The translations under genes and the position numbers were made by a program. A stretch of 64,000 bases of DNA from an uncultured Phycisphaerales bacterium (GTDB lineage Bacteria; Planctomycetota; Phycisphaerae; SM23-33; FEN-1343), in contig CAWAWB010000015.1 in the NCBI GenBank assembly GCA_963785635.1, forward strand, positions 1-64,000, given 5' to 3'. A model generated the notes under the pieces. It was not told the DNA's origin. It did not search any database and was given only the letters and a program-made list of their open reading frames with translations. Shown in pieces: positions 29,320-40,286 of the stretch. Every line of letters starts with the position of its first letter. Positions within the stretch are counted from its first letter, which is position 1.

Positions 29320-31078
29320 ATGGCAAACGGAGTTGGAAACGCCCGTATCGCAAGAATCAGCTTCATCATGCTGTTAACCATCCTCGTTGCGGCCGCCGCA
29401 ACATCCGCGGCCACGCCCGCCAGTTTACCTGCCACCGGCAAGACTGAATTTCCCGCCGGCGCGGCGGCGGGCGGCGAGCTGCTCTACAACGGCATCGTGC
29501 TGCCCAGCCAGTGGCCGCCCAAGCTGGATGAGCAAAAAGATGTGCAGGATAGAAAACCTCTGGCCACGCCCTACTACCTGAAGAATCCCCCGGCCGTAAT
29601 TGGGATCGATGTGGGCCGCCAGACTCTTCGTGGATGATTTCCTCATCCAGGACAGCACGCTGAAGCGCGAGTGCCACACCGCCGCGTATGTCGAAGGCAA
29701 CCCGGTATTCAGGGGCGGCATGGTCTTCAGCGACGGCGTGTTCTACGACCCGACGGACAAGCTGTACAAGATGTGGTACCACGCCGACGGCACATCGCTG
29801 ACGACCAGCAAGGACGGCATTCACTGGGGCGAAGGCAAGATGGTTTGCCCGCTGCCCATGATCAAGAAAACCGATGCCAATGGTGTTTCGACGAGGGTTA
29901 AGGGCAAGATTGACTCGACCACCGTGTGGCTGGACCTGGAGACCAAGGACAGCAGCCAGCGCTTCAAGATGGTGCGCGTGACCGCGGGTGAGCCCTATCG
30001 CGGCATGATTTACACCTCCGCCGACGGCATCAACTGGGTGGACACGGGCAAAGTGACCGGCGGCCTGGGCGACCGCAGCACGATCTTTTTCAACCCGTTC
30101 CGCAAGGTCTGGGTGTTCTCGAACCGCCATGGCTGGGGCAAGCCGCGCGCCCGCCGGTACTGGGAAGTGAGCGACATGGTCGCGGGCCCATTGTGGGAAA
30201 ACACCGACCAGGCGCCCATCTGGGTGGGCGCGGATGAGCTCGACCCGCCGCGCGAGGATTACAAGCTCAAGTGCGAACTGTATAACCTCGACTGCGCGGG
30301 CTACGAGAGCCTGATGCTGGGGTTGTTCACCATCTGGCGCGGCGATTACAGCGATATCGTCAAGAAGGCCAAAGCGGAGAAGGACCCCGAGGCCAAGGCC
30401 GCGATAGAAAAGCAGCTTGAGGGGTTGAAGCCGCGGCAGAAACCGAACGAGGTGTGCGTGGGCTTCAGCCGCGATGGATTCTTCTGGAGCCGGCCGGATC
30501 GCCGCACGTTTATCGGCGTCAATGAGGATCGTGACGCCTGGAATAATGCCAATGTCCAGTCGGCCGGCGGCTGCTGCCTGGTGGTGGGCGACAAGCTGTA
30601 TTTCTACACCAGCGCCCGCGATGCCAATGGCGGCAACGTGTGTACCGGTCTTTCCACGTTGCGGCGAGATGGGTTTGCCTCCATGGCCGCCAAAGAAGAA
30701 GGCACGCTCACCACGCGGCCGATCAAGTTCTCGGGCAAACATCTGTTTGTGAACGTGGATGATCCCAAAGGCGAGCTGACCGTGGAAGTGCTGGATGAGG
30801 CCGGCAAGGTGATCGCCCCCTTCACGGCGGCCCAGTGCAGGCCGGTGAAAGCCGACAGCACCATCGCCCAGGTGAAATGGAATGGCGCATCCAGCCTGGC
30901 CGATGTGGCGGGCAAGAATGTGCGGCTGCGCTTCCACCTGACCAACGGCCGGTTGTACGCGTTCTGGGTGAGCCCGGACGCCTCCGGCGCCAGCAACGGC
31001 TACGTGGCCGCCGGCGGCCCCGGTTTCACCAGCGATAAGGACACGGTCGGCGAGGCGAGCTATAAGGCGGCGAAGTAG
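29320..31078 (+). CDS. secreted beta-propeller glycoside-hydrolase-like protein (GH32/43/130 superfamily-like, family unresolved), frame interrupted near 29615-29630
   Basis: Signal peptide in ORF 29320. The body is in ORF 29600 (WYHADG, FSRDGFFWSRPDRRTFIG, LSTLRRDGFASM-type blades). Joined at IDVGRQ|LFVDDFLI. Confidence 0.4.
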
Positions 31079-31153
31079 TATGCGGCGCGGATCACCTCCA
31101 GGCCGCGCGACCCTCACCCTACCCTCTCCCAGGGGAGAGGGGTAAAGAAGGGC

Positions 31154-33220
31154 ATGCGCAATGGAGATATGCGGATGAGGTGTAAGAGCGGGCTGTTATT
31201 GCAGGTTGTTTTCAGCGCCGCGATTGTTGGAATCGTGCTGTTTCAGGGATGTTCATCATCCCAGGAGCACCACCGCGCAGACAGCCGCGCGGCGGAGGCG
31301 GAGCAGGCGACAAGCTTCGTGTACAAGGGCGAAATGCCTAAAGAGTTTCACGAAGCGCCCATGCTGGCAGAACTGGTCAAGGCGGGCAAGCTCCCCGCCG
31401 TCAAAGACCGGCTGCCCGCCAAGCCGCTGGTCATTCCGCCCATCGAGCAGATCGGCAAGTACGGCGGGACGTGGCGCCGCGCCTTTACCGGCCCGGCGGA
31501 TTTCCAGACCATCGATCGTATCCAGCATGATTTCCTGCTGTACTATGACCTGGACGGCAAGACCATCCTGCCGCACATTCTGAAAAGCTGGGACATCAGC
31601 GACGGCGGCAAGGTGTTCACCTTCCATCTGCGGCCGGGCATGAAGTGGTCGGATGGCGAGCCGTTTACCGCGGACGATTTCGTTTTCGCCTACGAAGATA
31701 TCGACCGCAACGACAAGATAAATTTCCGCCTGCCCTTTTACTTCCGGACCCGCGACGCGAATGAGCCGGACGGATTCTCTGAAGCGCGCCTGGAGAAGGT
31801 GGATGACTACACCATCCGTTATATCTTCAAATCGCCCTACTACGTGTTCGTGGAGATGGCCGCCTCCCAGAACATCAGCGGCCAGACGCACCGCGGCTGG
31901 AACGGCCCCATCTACGCGCCAAAGCATTACCTCAAGCAGTTCCACCCCCGCTATGCGCCCGTGGAAAAGCTCGAGGAGCAGGCCAGGGGCGAGGGTTTGA
32001 AGGACTGGGTGATGCTGTTCCAGCACAAGGCCCGCATGCAGGAAAACCCTGATCTGCCGGTGGTGGGTCCCTGGCGGACGGTGACGCCGATGACGACGCA
32101 GGCCTTCACCCTGGAGCGCAATCCCTATTACTTTGCCGTGGATCCCAACGGCAACCAGCTTCCGTACATCGACCGGATCTCCATGCAGCTCACGCAGAGC
32201 CTGGAGGTGGTGAACCTGCGCGCCATGCAGGGCCAGATCGACATGCAGCTTCGGCATATACAACTGGTCAAGTATCCCCAGCTTGTGAAGAAGGCCGCAG
32301 AGGGACAGTACCACATATATCGCTGGCCCAGCATAGGCGGCTCAGACGCGGCGGTCTATATCAACCAGAGCTGGGAGGGCGACGACGAGGTGGCCAAATG
32401 GCTGCGCTGCCGCGATTTCAGAATCGCGCTTTCACTGGCAACCAACCGCAAGGAGATCAACGAGCTGGTCTTCATGGGCCTGGGAACGCCGCGGCCGTTC
32501 ATGGCCCCCAGGGACAATCCCTATTATCCCGGCCGGGAGTACGAGCAACTCAACGCCCAGTTCGACCCGGACAAGGCCAACAGAATGCTGGATGACCTGG
32601 GCCTGACCAGCCGGGATAAGGAGGGCTATCGCCTGCGCACGGATGGACAGGGCAAGCTCATCCTGAGCCTGTCCATTATGGGCGACGCCATGATGGATTT
32701 CGCCCCGGTGGGCGAACTCCTGGAGCGGCAGTGGGCCAGGATCGGCGTCAAACTGGACCTGTCCATGGAAGAACGCACGCGCTGGATTCTGCGCCGCGAC
32801 AACAACGAACAGCAGATGTGCATATTTGACGGCGGCTGCGAGAACCCCTGGACGTACGGCGGATTCATGATCCCCGTGGCCCGAGGCTGTCCCTGGGCCC
32901 CGGCCGTGGGGCTCTGGTACGACACCGACGGACAAAAAGGCATGCCTCCCACCGATGAGATGCGCAGGCTTCAGGAACTATCTGAAAAAGGCGCTGGGCT
33001 GCCCCTGGAGCAACGGATCGAGGTCGGCAGGGAAATGTGGCGCATCCATGCACAGAACGCATTTGTGATCGGCGCCGTGGCTGAGTCGCCCGCCTTCAAC
33101 GGCCTGGCCATCGTGAAGGACAATTTTCACAACGTGCCGCGCATGGCGCCCAACAGTTCCGCCTTGCAGACCGAAGGCATTGCGCGGCCGGAACAGTTTT
33201 ACTTCGACCCCCTGCCGTAG
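31154..33220 (+). CDS. ABC transporter substrate-binding lipoprotein, family 5 (OppA/DppA-like)
   Basis: 688 aa, lipobox LFQGC, SBP_bac_5-type sequence. A paralog lies downstream. Confidence 0.8.
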   Translation: MRNGDMRMRCKSGLLLQVVFSAAIVGIVLFQGCSSSQEHHRADSRAAEAEQATSFVYKGEMPKEFHEAPMLAELVKAGKLPAVKDRLPAKPLVIPPIEQIGKYGGTWRRAFTGPADFQTIDRIQHDFLLYYDLDGKTILPHILKSWDISDGGKVFTFHLRPGMKWSDGEPFTADDFVFAYEDIDRNDKINFRLPFYFRTRDANEPDGFSEARLEKVDDYTIRYIFKSPYYVFVEMAASQNISGQTHRGWNGPIYAPKHYLKQFHPRYAPVEKLEEQARGEGLKDWVMLFQHKARMQENPDLPVVGPWRTVTPMTTQAFTLERNPYYFAVDPNGNQLPYIDRISMQLTQSLEVVNLRAMQGQIDMQLRHIQLVKYPQLVKKAAEGQYHIYRWPSIGGSDAAVYINQSWEGDDEVAKWLRCRDFRIALSLATNRKEINELVFMGLGTPRPFMAPRDNPYYPGREYEQLNAQFDPDKANRMLDDLGLTSRDKEGYRLRTDGQGKLILSLSIMGDAMMDFAPVGELLERQWARIGVKLDLSMEERTRWILRRDNNEQQMCIFDGGCENPWTYGGFMIPVARGCPWAPAVGLWYDTDGQKGMPPTDEMRRLQELSEKGAGLPLEQRIEVGREMWRIHAQNAFVIGAVAESPAFNGLAIVKDNFHNVPRMAPNSSALQTEGIARPEQFYFDPLP

Positions 33221-33262
33221 GTTTAAGTGCGCCGCGGAATGATGACCACGGAATAGCAGAAG

Positions 33263-35295
33263 ATGAAAAAGGTACTGGTGCTGCTGGGTCTGGTTGCCGC
33301 CATCGGCTTATGCTGGTGGCTGGCGACAAAGAGCGCTCGGCAGACAACCACTGGGACCGCCGCGCCAAAACTTCCCCAGGCCGGGAGCTTTGCCTATCAC
33401 GGCGAGCTGCCCCGCGAATTTCACGAAGCGCCCGTGCTTACCCAGCAGGTGCGCGCGGGCAGACTTCCCCCCGTAAAAGAGCGCCTGCCGGATGAGCCGA
33501 TGGTCGTGCCGGTGGTCGAGAAGATCGGCACGTACGGCGGCACGTGGCATCGCGCCTTCACCGGGCCGACTGACTACCAGAACATCGATCGGCTGATGCA
33601 CGATTTACTGCTGTGCTTCGATCTGGACGGCCGAACGCTGCTGCCCAATATCGCCAAGAGCTGGGAGACAAGCGAGGACGGCCGCGTGTTCACGTTTCAT
33701 CTGCGGCCGGGAATGAAATGGTCGGATGGGGAGCCGTTCACCGCCGATGATTTTGTCTTCGCCTACGAGGATATCGCCCTGAACGACGAAATCAACTCGC
33801 GCAAGCCCGACGCTCTGCGTCTGCGCTCATTGAACGGCCCATCAGAATTTGGCCGGCTGGAAAAAGTGGACGACTTCACCATCCGCTATGTCTTCCCCCA
33901 GCCCAATTACACGTTCATCGACATGGCCGCCGGACTGACAGTCGGCGGCCAGTACGCGCGCGCGTGGGAGTTCCCGCCGTTCGCGCCCGGCACTACCTCA
34001 AGCAGTTTCTCCCCAAGTACGCCGGGGCGGAAAAACTGGAGATGTTGGCCAGGCAGGAGTCGGTTTCCAACTGGGTGGTTCTCTTCCAGAAAAAAGCCCG
34101 TCCGTCTGAAAATCCCGATCTGCCCGTGGTGGGTCCGTGGCGCGTGGCGGCGCCCATGACCGACCAGGTCTGCAAACTGGAGCGAAACCCCTATTACTGG
34201 GCGGTCGACCCCAACGGAAACCAGCTCCCGTACATCGACAACATTTCTCTTCAGCTCACGCAGGAACTGGAGGTGCTGAATCTGCGGGCGATGAGCGGCC
34301 TGATCGACATGCAGCACCGCCACATCCAGTTGGCCAAGTATCCCCTGTTCATGGCCAACGCCAAAAAGAACGGTTACCACGTGTATTGCTGGCCCGGCCT
34401 GTGCGGATCAGAGGCGGCGGTGCTGTTTAACCAGACCTGGCAGGGCGATGCGGAAATAGAAAAGTGGCTGCAAAGCAGGGAATTCCGCGTCGCGCTGTCC
34501 CTGGCGACCGACCGGCGGCAGATCAACGAGCACATTTTCTACGGCCTGGGCGAACCCCGACCGTTCATGGCCCTGGCGGGCAATGTTTATTACCCCGGCA
34601 AGGAATACGAGTTCAAGAACGCCGGATTTGACCTCGCCCAAGCCAACGCGATGCTGGACAGGCTGGGCCTGAACCGGCGGGATGATGCGGGCTACCGGCT
34701 GCGCAGCGATGGCGAAGGCCGGCTCGAGTTGACTATTTCGCTGCCCACGGGCCAATTGCTGGATTACGTGGCTATCGCCGACCTGCTCGTCCAGCAGTGG
34801 GCCAAGGCAGGCATCAAGCTGGACATGGCCGTGGAAGACCGCACCCTCTGGTCCATGCGGCGAGCCACGAACCAGCAGCAGCTTTCTATCTGGGAAGGCA
34901 CAGGCGCGGAGGATCCCTGGTCGGGCGGGGGCACGATCGTGGCCATCGGCGGCAGTTCCGGCATCGCCTCGGCCGTCGGTTTGTGGTGGATGACCGACGG
35001 CGAAAAAGGCCAGCCGCCCACAGGCGATATTCGCAGGCTCCTGGAGCTGTATGAGCGCGGCCGCGCGTTGCCGCTGGATCAGCGCATCGAAATCGGCCGG
35101 GAAATGTGGCGGATTCACGCGGAGAATCAGTTCGTGCTGGGCCTGGTGGGCAACTCCCCCGCCTTTAACGGCGTGGTCATCGTGAAGAATAACTTTCACA
35201 ATGTGCCGGAGCTTGCGCCGAATTCCACGTTCCTGCAAAACCCCGGCATCGCGCGGCCGGAACAGTTTTACATGGATGCTCCGGCCGCCCGGTAA
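33263..35295 (+). CDS. second family-5 substrate-binding protein (paralog), frame interrupted near 33975-33990 (1-bp loss in a C run)
   Basis: About 45% identical to 31154..33220 along its whole length. Joined at ...WEFPPFAP|RHYLKQFLPKYAGAEKLE. Confidence 0.8.
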
Positions 35296-35334
35296 TCTGG
35301 TTGTGCGACAGATGTGGGCACTTTTAGCAGCAGG

Positions 35335-35482
35335 CAAATCCCAAATCCCAAAATCCAAATTCCAAACAAATTCCAAGCACCAAATTCCAAAGAAGAAAAG
35401 CCCTTCGCTTAGAGTCGATCTCTCCCCTTGGCGTTTGGAATTTGGAATTTGGAGTTTGTTTGCAGTTTGGTGCTTGGGATTT
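35335..35482. repeat. inverted pair of AAATCCCA/AAATTCCA arrays
   Basis: Left caaatcccaaatcccaaaatccaaattccaaac.... Right gcgtttggaatttggaatttggagtttgtttgcagtttggtgcttgggatttc. Confidence 0.75.
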
Positions 35483-35567
35483 CACTCTAAGATTGGTGAC
35501 AAAGATGCCCGGCAACGTTTAAAATCGCCGTCCGGCTTCAGTTTAAACGCAGTGAAACCGAGGTAGC

Positions 35568-36566
35568 ATGCTGGTCTTCATTCTTCGCCGCTTGATGATG
35601 GCCGTCACGACACTCGCGGGCATCTCCGTGCTCTCGTTTGTCATCATCCAGCTTCCCCCGGGGGATTTTTTGACCACGGAACTGGCCACGCTCCAGGCCC
35701 AGGGCGACCAGACCAGCCTCCAGCAGATGGCGTCGCTGCGGGCCAGCTACGGCCTGGACCGGCCCATGCACGTGCAGTACCTGATGTGGATGAAGAACAT
35801 CCTGCACGGCGATTTCGGCCTGTCCTTCGAGTACAAGCGGCCCGTGTGGGAACTCATTCGCGAGAAACTCTTTCTGACCGGTGTGGTGGCGCTGTCGACG
35901 CTGCTGCTCACCTGGATCGTCTCCATTCCCATCGGCATCTATTCCGCCGTGTACCAGAGGTCCCTCGGCGACTATGTCTTCACCTTCCTGGGCTTCATCG
36001 GCATCGCGGTGCCGAATTTTCTGCTGGCGCTGGTGCTGATGTACTTCTCGTATTCCTGGCTGCACCTGTCGATCGGAGGGTTGTTCTCCGCACAATATCA
36101 GGATGCCGCCTGGAGTTTCCCCCGCGTGCTGGACATGCTCAAGCACCTGTGGATTCCCTCCTTCGTGCTGGGCGCGGCGGGCATGGCGGGCTTCATCCGC
36201 ATCCTGCGGGCCAATCTCATCGATGAGCTGCGCAAACCCTACGTCGTCACCGCCCGCGCCAAGGGCCTGCCCAAGTGGAAGGTCATTTTGAAATACCCCG
36301 TGCGCGTGGCGCTGAATCCCTTCCTCTCCACGATGGGCTTCATCCTGCCGCACCTGGTCTCCGGCAGCGTGATCGTGGCGGTGGTGCTGGATTTGCCGAT
36401 CATCGGCAAGGACCTGCTGAAGGCCTTAAAGTCGCAGGATATGTACCTGGCCGGCACGATCATTCTCATGCTGGGCCTGCTCACGGTGATGGGCACGCTT
36501 ATCTCGGACATCTGCCTGGTCGTCCTGGACCCGCGCATCCGCATGGAAAAGGGCGCGGACAAATGA
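35568..36566 (+). CDS. ABC transporter permease (OppB/DppB-like, BPD_transp_1)
   Basis: 332 aa, 6 TM helices, EAA-loop region. Start overlaps the stop of the following gene (ATGA). Confidence 0.85.
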   Translation: MLVFILRRLMMAVTTLAGISVLSFVIIQLPPGDFLTTELATLQAQGDQTSLQQMASLRASYGLDRPMHVQYLMWMKNILHGDFGLSFEYKRPVWELIREKLFLTGVVALSTLLLTWIVSIPIGIYSAVYQRSLGDYVFTFLGFIGIAVPNFLLALVLMYFSYSWLHLSIGGLFSAQYQDAAWSFPRVLDMLKHLWIPSFVLGAAGMAGFIRILRANLIDELRKPYVVTARAKGLPKWKVILKYPVRVALNPFLSTMGFILPHLVSGSVIVAVVLDLPIIGKDLLKALKSQDMYLAGTIILMLGLLTVMGTLISDICLVVLDPRIRMEKGADK

Positions 36567-37719
36567 CCGAGCAGATTACGTCCATGCCCGAAGCCGCGCC
36601 GCCGCACGAGGCCGCCCGCGCACCCGGCGACAAGGCGGAAAAACTCTACCGCGCCAGCCAGTGGCAATTGATGTGGCGCCGCCTCAAGAAGCACCGCCTG
36701 GCGATGGTCGCGATGGTGATCGTGGGATTTCTGTACGTGGTGGCGATCTTCGGCGAGGTCTTTGCCACGGGCCGACCGGAAAATACCAGCGAGCTGGCGC
36801 ACCTGCCGCCGCAGCAATTGCACTTTTTCGACCGGGGCCGGCTCTTCCCGCACGTTCAGGGCCTCTTGGCCCAGCGCGACCCCGAGACGCGGGAGTGGAT
36901 TTACGTTAACGACCCCGAGGTAAAAATTCCCGTCCACATCTTCGGCAAAGGTTTTGCCTACAAGCTTCTGGGCTTCATCCCGTGCAGCCGCCACATCCTG
37001 TGCGTTGAGCCGGGCCAAACGCGACAGGACATTTATCTTTTAGGCACGGACGACATCGGCCGCGACATGTGGAGCCGCCTGGTCTTCGCCACGCGCATCT
37101 CCATGTCCATCGGCCTGGTGGGCGTATCACTCAGCTTGATCCTGGGCATCACCATCGGCGGCATCTCGGGCCTGTACGGCGGCTGGGTGGATAGTCTCAT
37201 TCAGCGTGTGATCGAGCTTATCCGCTCCATCCCCACCATTCCCCTGTGGATGGGCCTGGCCGCGGCGGTTCCCAAGGGCTGGTCGGTTTTGCAGGTGTAC
37301 TTCACGATCACGATTATCATCTCGCTTTTGGGCTGGACGCAGCTGGCCCGCGTGGTCCGCGGCAAGTTCCTCTCGCTGCGCGAGGAGGATTTCGTCACCG
37401 CCGCGCGGCTGATGGGCTCCGGGCCCATGCGGATCATCTTCCGCCACCTGGTGCCCAACTTCATCAGCCACATCATCGCCGCCACCACGCTGGCGATTCC
37501 GGGCATGATCTTAAGCGAGACGGCGCTGAGCTTCCTGGGCCTGGGGCTTCGCCCGCCGGCCATCAGTTGGGGCGTGCTGCTCCAGCGGCGCAGAACATCC
37601 AGACCATCGCCCAGTACCCCTGGCTGCTGATCCCGGCCATCGCGGTCATCGCGGCGGTGCTGGCGTTCAACTTTTTAGGGGATGGCCTGCGGGATGCGGC
37701 CGACCCATATTCACGGTGA
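36563..37719 (+). CDS. ABC transporter permease (OppC/DppC-like), frame interrupted near 37575-37590
   Basis: N-terminal OppC-type extension plus BPD_transp_1. Joined at WGVLLQ|[18 protein letters not shown]...[15 protein letters not shown]. Confidence 0.8.
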
Positions 37720-37844
37720 TTGCGGATTGCGGATTTCGTATTTCGGATTGAAAGAGAATCAGTCGCCTCATTCCGTTGAAACGTCGATGAATTATTGGCT
37801 ACCCTGTTTGCGGTGATAGTGCAGGGCAAATCGAGGAACACATT

Positions 37845-38471
37845 ATGAACCTGCCGGAAACAGAGCAGATACCAAAAAGCAGTGCCCGCCTGAGCGTCGA
37901 GGACGGCATCAGCGAGATCTTTTACGGCTTTGCACTGGTGCTGATCGGCCTGGCGTTTTTTGTGGAGGCGGCGTTGGGGCCGCGCATTCGCTCCCTGGGG
38001 TCCGGTGGGCTGATCGTGGTTTCACTCGGAGCGTTTTTTTCGGGCCGATGGCTCCTCCCGAAGTTCAGAAGCGCGCTCACAGTTGCGACGGCCGGCGCGG
38101 CTGTTAATCGGCAGATTTCCGCCGGCATAAAACTGCTGGTGCTGAACATGCTCGCTCTGGCGGGGCTTTTTATCGCGGGCGTGTGCGTGCTGGCCATCCG
38201 CTCAGGCTCCGCGGCGATGCCGAACTGGCTGGCCCTGGCCAACGGGCTGGTGGTCGGTTTATTCCTGGCGTGGGCCGCCGCGCAGACCCGCCTCAAGCGA
38301 TTCTGGGCCGTGGCCGCGGTTTCCGCCCTGGCCGGTCTGATTATCTTCCTCACCCGCCTGGCCGGCAGCCTCGGCGCGGCGGCGTACTTCTTCGCCCTCG
38401 GCGCGGCTCTGATGACCTCGGGGGGAGTGGCACTCAAGAGGTTTTTGCGGCGACTAACGGAGAAGTGTTGA
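37845..38471 (+). CDS. hypothetical polytopic membrane protein (208 aa)
   Basis: 5-6 predicted TM helices, Ala/Leu/Gly-rich. No motifs. Confidence 0.45.
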   Translation: MNLPETEQIPKSSARLSVEDGISEIFYGFALVLIGLAFFVEAALGPRIRSLGSGGLIVVSLGAFFSGRWLLPKFRSALTVATAGAAVNRQISAGIKLLVLNMLALAGLFIAGVCVLAIRSGSAAMPNWLALANGLVVGLFLAWAAAQTRLKRFWAVAAVSALAGLIIFLTRLAGSLGAAAYFFALGAALMTSGGVALKRFLRRLTEKC

Positions 38472-38497
38472 GGGTTGGGGAAGCCGGAACAGGTACT

Positions 38498-38625
38498 GGC
38501 TGTAGGCTGTAGGCTGTAGGCTGTAGGCTGTAGGCTGTAGGCTGTAGGCACAACCGGAATACTACCGGTCGTCCCTTTTCCAGCCGTTCCTACAGTCTAC
38601 AGACTACAGTCTACAGTCTACAGCC
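38498..38625. repeat. inverted octamer arrays: (GGCTGTAG) x 6.5 on the left, (CTACAGTC)-type x 4.5 on the right
   Basis: Read directly from the sequence. The right-arm units differ from the exact complement by one position per unit; on the plus-strand RNA these would be G-U wobble pairs. Confidence 0.85.
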
Positions 38626-39342
38626 TCTTCCGCCGCAAAACCGCCGCCGCGCCCACTGCCATGAGCGCCAGTGTGGCCGGCTCGGCGCGTAGGGAGTCTG
38701 CGAGAAGACAAAACTCGCCGGCGCGGCGGCTCCAGGAGTTGCATCGATCACCAGATCGCCGGTGCCGAATCCGGGCATGAACACATCATTCGCCGCAACG
38801 GCGCCGCCAAGTGCCTGAAGCTTCTGCGTGTTTACCCAGTTGACCTGAGTGAAGGGGTCGATGGAAAAACCGTTGACGCCGCCGGCGTTGGTCAACGTCT
38901 CGTTGAACTGCACGCCGGTTCCCGTGAGGGACCACTCGAATTCGTGCCAGTCTGAGCCGGTGAAGTTGTTGATGGTCTCATCCTCGATGATCAATCGCGG
39001 GGCCGTGGCGGAGGCCGTGCCGATCTGCGTAAAGGTCAGATCAATGGGCCCATCGGAGTGAAAGTCCTTCATGATTTCCAGCGCGATGAACTTCTGCCCG
39101 TCGCTGCTGGTCCCCGTGCCATCCTCCACCACACCCAAGTTGGCCGTGGGGTCGGAGCAGGAAACCTGCCAGCCCGCATCCGGAAAGGAGAACGTTGTTA
39201 CTGGCGGGACCGGTGTGAAGGCGGCGGCGCGAAGTGCGCACAAACTTAACGTGAAAATGAATAGCGATATCCACCGTAGACCCATTGAGCATCCTCCGTT
39301 TTTCCTCGCTACTGTAAGTTGAGCAATGAGCGGCAGTAGCAA
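38611..39342 (-). CDS. secreted protein with a PEP-CTERM sorting tail, frame interrupted near 38670-38676 (1-bp loss in CCGG)
   Basis: Signal peptide. After the shift the tail reads ...SFVFSQTPYAPEPATLALMAVGAAAVLRRKRL* (PEP motif, TM segment, basic end). True stop near 38618. Confidence 0.6.
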   Translation of the reverse strand: MLLPLIAQLTVARKNGGCSMGLRWISLFIFTLSLCALRAAAFTPVPPVTTFSFPDAGWQVSCSDPTANLGVVEDGTGTSSDGQKFIALEIMKDFHSDGPIDLTFTQIGTASATAPRLIIEDETINNFTGSDWHEFEWSLTGTGVQFNETLTNAGGVNGFSIDPFTQVNWVNTQKLQALGGAVAANDVFMPGFGTGDLVIDATPGAAAPASFVFSQTPYAPSRPHWRSWQWARRRFCGGRGCRL

Positions 39343-39608
39343 GCAAAAAGCATTACGTCAGCAGGGCCGGGAAAAGCAATTGTGCCTCCAGGTCCAAATA
39401 CCTTGCCGGGACCATGCTGAGCAAAAACAATTACAGCGAGCATCATAAGCTTAAGGCAAAGTTGAAATCCTGTCAATGCGGATTCTGGGGTCGGGCCGGC
39501 CTGTAATCAAAAAAAATGAGCAGGGATGCAGGGATACAAGGGATAAGAAGTAAATGGCAAGAGTGCACCCATCCGAGATGCTTTTTCTACAGCCTACAGT
39601 CTACAGCC

Positions 39609-40286
39609 TCAATCTTCGCAGCATAGCCTTCCATCGCGCAATCGCATCGTCCTTGCCGCCTTCGCCGCTACGGCCGCATCATGGGTCGTAAAGACCACCG
39701 TAGTGCCCTCGGCGCGATTCAGTTGGATGACCAGATCGAGCAGCGCGGCCGCGTGGGCGGAGTCGAGCGAACTGGTCGGTTCATCCATCAACACCAGTTG
39801 TGGACTGTGGGCTACCGCCCGCAGGATAGCCACCTGCTGGCGCTGACCGTTGGACAGCGCATCCGGATAAGATTTTGCCCTGCTCAATAGTCCCGCCTGA
39901 CCGAGCAGATGGTTCACCCGCTCGGTCCTCTGCGCGGCGGATAGCCCGTTAACCACCAAAGGCAATTCGATATTCTGCCAGGTGGTCATCGTCGGCAAGA
40001 GGTCCAGGCTCTGGAACACAAAGCCGATATTGGCGCTGCGCAGGCGGGTTTTGGCCGATTCTTTCAGGCTTCCCAGTTCCTGCCCCAACAGATTAATGCT
40101 GCCGGCAGTCGGCGAGCACAGCCCCGCTGCCAGGTTTAAAAGCGTCGTCTTGCCGCTGCCCGAAGCGCCCACGATGGAAACCAGTTCGCCGCCGGCAATG
40201 GACAGGCTCACATCGCTCAGCGCCGTACACGCCGCGGCACCGCTGCCGTACGTCAACGTCACGTTCTGGAACTCGATGGCCATCAC
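39609..40286 (-). CDS. ABC transporter ATP-binding protein (MacB/LolD/FtsE-type)
   Basis: Walker A GASGSGKTT, signature LSNGQRQQ, Walker B LVLMDEPTSSLD. Confidence 0.9.
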   Translation of the reverse strand: MMAIEFQNVTLTYGSGAAACTALSDVSLSIAGGELVSIVGASGSGKTTLLNLAAGLCSPTAGSINLLGQELGSLKESAKTRLRSANIGFVFQSLDLLPTMTTWQNIELPLVVNGLSAAQRTERVNHLLGQAGLLSRAKSYPDALSNGQRQQVAILRAVAHSPQLVLMDEPTSSLDSAHAAALLDLVIQLNRAEGTTVVFTTHDAAVAAKAARTMRLRDGRLCCED

